Positions 60,201 to 64,000 of a stretch of 64,000 bases of DNA are shown here, one piece after another. A model generated the notes under the pieces. The model searched no databases and was not told where the DNA came from. It saw only the letters and a program-made list of their open reading frames with translations. Source of the stretch: Macrostomum hystrix (Eukaryota > Animalia > Platyhelminthes). The position numbers were made by a program, and so were the translations under genes. The stretch spans positions 186,001 through 250,000 of the forward strand of contig CATNEN010000004.1 in assembly GCA_950097015.1 (NCBI GenBank), written 5' to 3'. Positions within the stretch are counted from its first letter, which is position 1; every line of letters begins with the position of its first letter.

Positions 60201-63078
60201 CAGGAATTGGGGATTAAAGATTCAGATCAGGAATTGGGTATTAAAGATTCAGATCAGGAATTGGGGATTAAAGATTCAGATCAGGAATTGGGGATTAAAG
60301 ATTCAGATCAGAAATTAGGTATTAAAGATTCAGATCAGGAATTGGCGATTAAAGTTCAGATCAGGAATTAGGGATTAAAGGTTCAGATCAGTAATTGGGG
60401 ATTAAAGTTCAGATCAGGAATTAGGTATTAAAGATTCAGATCAGGAATTGGGGATTAAAGATTCAGATCAGGAATTGGGGATTAAAGATTCAGATCAGGA
60501 ATTAGGTAATAAAGATTCAGATCAGGAATTGGGTATTAAAGATTCAGATCAGGAATTGGGGATTAAAGATTCAGATCAGGAATTGGGGATTAAAGATTCA
60601 GATCAGAAATTAGGTATTAAAGATTCAGATCAGGAATTGGGGATTAAAGATTCAGATCAGGAATTGGGGATTAAAGATTCAGATCAGGAATTAGGTATTA
60701 AAGATTCAGATCAGGAATTAGGTATTAAAGATTCAGATCAGGAATTAGGTATTAAAGATTCAGATCAGGAATTGGGGATTAAAGATTCAGATCAGGAATT
60801 AGGTATTAAAGATTCAGATCAGGAATTAGGATTAAAGATTCAGATCAGGAATTAGGTAATAAAGATTCAGATCAGGAATTGGGTATTAAAGATTCAGATC
60901 AGGAATTGGGGATTAAAGTTCAGATCAGGAATTGGGGATTAAAGATTCAGATCAGGAATTGGGTATTAAAGATTCAGATCAGGAATTGGGGATTAAAGAT
61001 TCAGATCAGGAATTGGGGATTAAAGATTCAGATCAGGAATTGGGGATTAAAGTTGAGATCAGGAATTGGCGATTAAAGTTCAGATCAGGAATTGGGGATT
61101 AAAGTTCAGATCAGGAATTGGCGATTAAAGTTCAGATCAGGAATTGGCGATTAAAGTTCAGATCAGGAATTAGGGATTAAAGGTTCAGATCAGTAATTGG
61201 GGATTAAAGTTCAGATCAGGAATTAGGTATTAAAGGTTCAGATCAGGAATTGGCGATTAAAGATTCAGATCAGGAATTAGGTATTAAAGGTTCAGATCAG
61301 GAATTGGCGATTAAAGATTCAGATCAGGAATTGGGGATTAAAGATTCAGATCAGGAATTAGGTATTAAAGATTCAGATCAGGAATTATGTATTAAAGATT
61401 CAGATCAGGAATTGGGGATTAAAGATTCAGATCAGGAATTAGGTATTAAAGATTCAGATCAGGAATTGGGGATTAAAGATTCAGATCAGGAATTGGGGAT
61501 TAAAGATTCAGATCAGGAATTAGGTATTAAAGATTCAGATCAGGAATTGCGGATTAAAGATTCAGATCAGGAATTAGGTATTAAAGATTCAGATCAGGAA
61601 TTGGGGATTAAAGATTCAGATCAGGAATTGGGGATTAAAGATTCAGATCAGGAATTGGGGATTAAAGTTGAGATCAGGAATTAGGTATTAAAGATTCAGA
61701 TCAGGAATTGGGGATTAAAGATTCAGATCAGGAATTGGGTATTAAAGATTCAGATCAGGAATTAGGTATTAAAGATTCAGATCAGGAATTGGGGATTAAA
61801 GATTCAGATCAGGAATTAGGTATTAAAGATTCAGATCAGGAATTGGGGATTAAAGATTCAGATCAGGAATTGGGGATTAAAGATTCAGATCAGGAATTGG
61901 GGATTAAAGTTGAGATCAGGAATTAGGTATTAAAGATTCAGATCAGGAATTAGGTATTAAAGATTCAGATCAGGAATTGCGGATTAAAGATTCAGATCAG
62001 GAATTAGGTATTAAAGATTCAGATCAGGAATTGGGGATTAAAGATTCAGATCAGGAATTGGGGATTAAAGATTCAGATCAGGAATTGGGGATTAAAGTTG
62101 AGATCAGGAATTAGGTATTAAAGATTCAGATCAGGAATTAGGTATTAAAGATTCAGATCAGGAATTGCGGATTAAAGATTCAGATCAGGAATTAGGTATT
62201 AAAGATTCAGATCAGGAATTGGGGATTAAAGATTCAGATCAGGAATTGGGGATTAAAGATTCAGATCAGGAATTGGGGATTAAAGTTGAGATCAGGAATT
62301 AGGTATTAAAGATTCAGATCAGGAATTAGGTATTAAAGATTCAGATCAGGAATTGGGGATTAAAGATTCAGATCAGGAATTAGGTATTAAAGATTCAGAT
62401 CAGGAATTAGGGATTAAAGATTCAGATCAGGAATTGGGGATTAAAGATTCAGATCAGGAATTGGGGATTAAAGTTGAGATCAGGAATTAGGTATTAAAGA
62501 TTCAGATCAGGAATTAGGTATTAAAGATTCAGATCAGGAATTGGGGATTAAAGATTCAGATCAGGAATTGGGTATTAAAGATTCAGATCAGGAATTGGGG
62601 ATTAAAGATTCAGATCAGGAATTGGGGATTAAAGATTCAGATCAGGAATTGGGGATTAAAGATTCAGATCAGGAATTAGGTATTAAAGATTCAGATCAGG
62701 AATTGGGGATTAAAGATTCAGATCAGGAATTGGGGATTAAAGATTCAGATCAGGAATTGGGGATTAAAGTTGAGATCAGGAATTAGGTATTAAAGATTCA
62801 GATCAGGAATTAGGTATTAAAGATTCAGATCAGGAATTGGGGATTAAAGATTCAGATCAGGAATTAGGTATTAAAGATTCAGATCAGGAATTAGGGATTA
62901 AAGATTCAGATCAGGAATTGGGGATTAAAGATTCAGATCAGGAATTGGGGATTAAAGTTGAGATCAGGAATTAGGTATTAAAGATTCAGATCAGGAATTG
63001 GGGATTAAAGATTCAGATCAGGAATTGGGGATTAAAGATTCAGATCAGGAATTGGCGATTAAAGTTCAGATCAGGAAT
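54256..63078. repeat. Large satellite array (~8.8 kb, ~325 copies), 26/27-bp unit GATTAAAGATTCAGATCAGGAATTGGG, in ESRP intron 5
   Basis: Unit read directly. Copy number is length divided by 27. Confidence 0.98.
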
Positions 63079-63185
63079 CGGGGATTTGGGACTCAGAACT
63101 GGAACCTACATCACTAAGGCTAAGCAGTAGTCTCCAAACACACAGCCAATTGTAGTTTGTCAATCAAACTCCCCATCTGTTGCAG

Positions 63186-63576
63186 CCGCAAAACCGACTC
63201 AGTGGACGACGAGACCGTGGTTCGAGCCCGCGGTCTGCCCTGGCAGGCCACAGACGCTGACATCCATAAGTTCTTTCGCGGCCTCAACATCCACCCCGGT
63301 GGCATCGCCCTGGTGCTATCCAAAGTTGGCCGCAGAAACGGCGAAGCTTTGATCCGCTTCGACAGTCAGGAGCACAGGGACATTGCGCTGAAGAAGCACC
63401 GGCATCACATGCAGCAGCGCTACATCGAGGTCTACAGGGCCACTGGCCGAGATTTTGTCGCCGTGGCCGGCGCCGATACGAAAGAGGGCGAGGCGTTTCT
63501 AGGAAAACTAGCCGAGCCAACGCAGAACCTGGTGCGCATGCGGGGGCTGCCGTACACGGTCACGGCCGAGGAGATT
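63186..63576 (+). CDS. ESRP1: ESRP coding exon 6: RRM1 and start of RRM2 (gene continues beyond the window)
   Basis: [30 protein letters not shown]...[11 protein letters not shown]...[19 protein letters not shown]...VRMRGLPYT. Acceptor TTGCAG|, phase 2. Donor ATT|GTGAGT, phase 0. Confidence 0.96.
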
Positions 63577-64000
63577 GTGAGTGGCGCGCCTGCTGCTGTC
63601 CTTTTGTTCAAGCGCTTTCCAATCGTTGCACTTTTATAGAAAACTAGTAGTTTAAAGCAGAATATCGCGACCTAGGATTATGAAAATCGCGGAATAATTG
63701 TTCGTGCAAACTTCGGAACTGGACAAGACACACAGGTACTGATTACACACACTCTCCAAATAGGTGTCTCTCCCAGTGTCTCCAGTCTTGTAGAGTTATT
63801 TAATTTGAAAAATCGGATAAGAACCCGAGGCCTATGTGTGTCTGGGTGCAGCTGCTAGCCGGAACGGAAGGCCTTTCCTGGCACATGGCTTTATCCCAAG
63901 CCAACTGGGAGCCCGCACGTGCGTTGACTTACAGACTTACTGCCTCAGATCGAGTCCCCTTACCTAGCTCATAAACTGATTTCCCAGGCGCGTCAACCCC

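Overview
Eukaryotic (animal) DNA with GC-rich exons and GT-AG introns. The poly-Q/poly-A proteins and minisatellite-stuffed introns resemble a free-living flatworm such as Macrostomum; that assignment is inference only. Three genes are supported, all on the + strand. (1) An intronless SNF8/Vps22 (ESCRT-II) at 9390-10133. (2) A 5-exon ZFHX3/4-zfh2-type zinc-finger homeodomain gene at 17544-37952; my exon chain keeps frame and gives 1618 aa. (3) The first six coding exons of an ESRP/fusilli splicing-factor gene at 47860-63576, which continues past the window. About half of the window (~31 kb by my boundary estimates) consists of ~19 different tandem minisatellite arrays with 15-54 bp units, and these produce nearly all the long ORFs in the track. 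There is also a nest of Helitron-like fragments (~2870-4541) and a Mutator/foldback-like TIR element with an 8-bp TSD (5349-6280). The most striking observation is in ESRP. Intron 3 (49216-51432) is a U12-type (minor spliceosome) GT-AG intron with a GTATCCTTT donor, a TTCCTTAAC branch site and no polypyrimidine tract. An in-phase U2-type donor lies 27 nt downstream, suggesting a minor/major spliceosome switch in a master splicing regulator.
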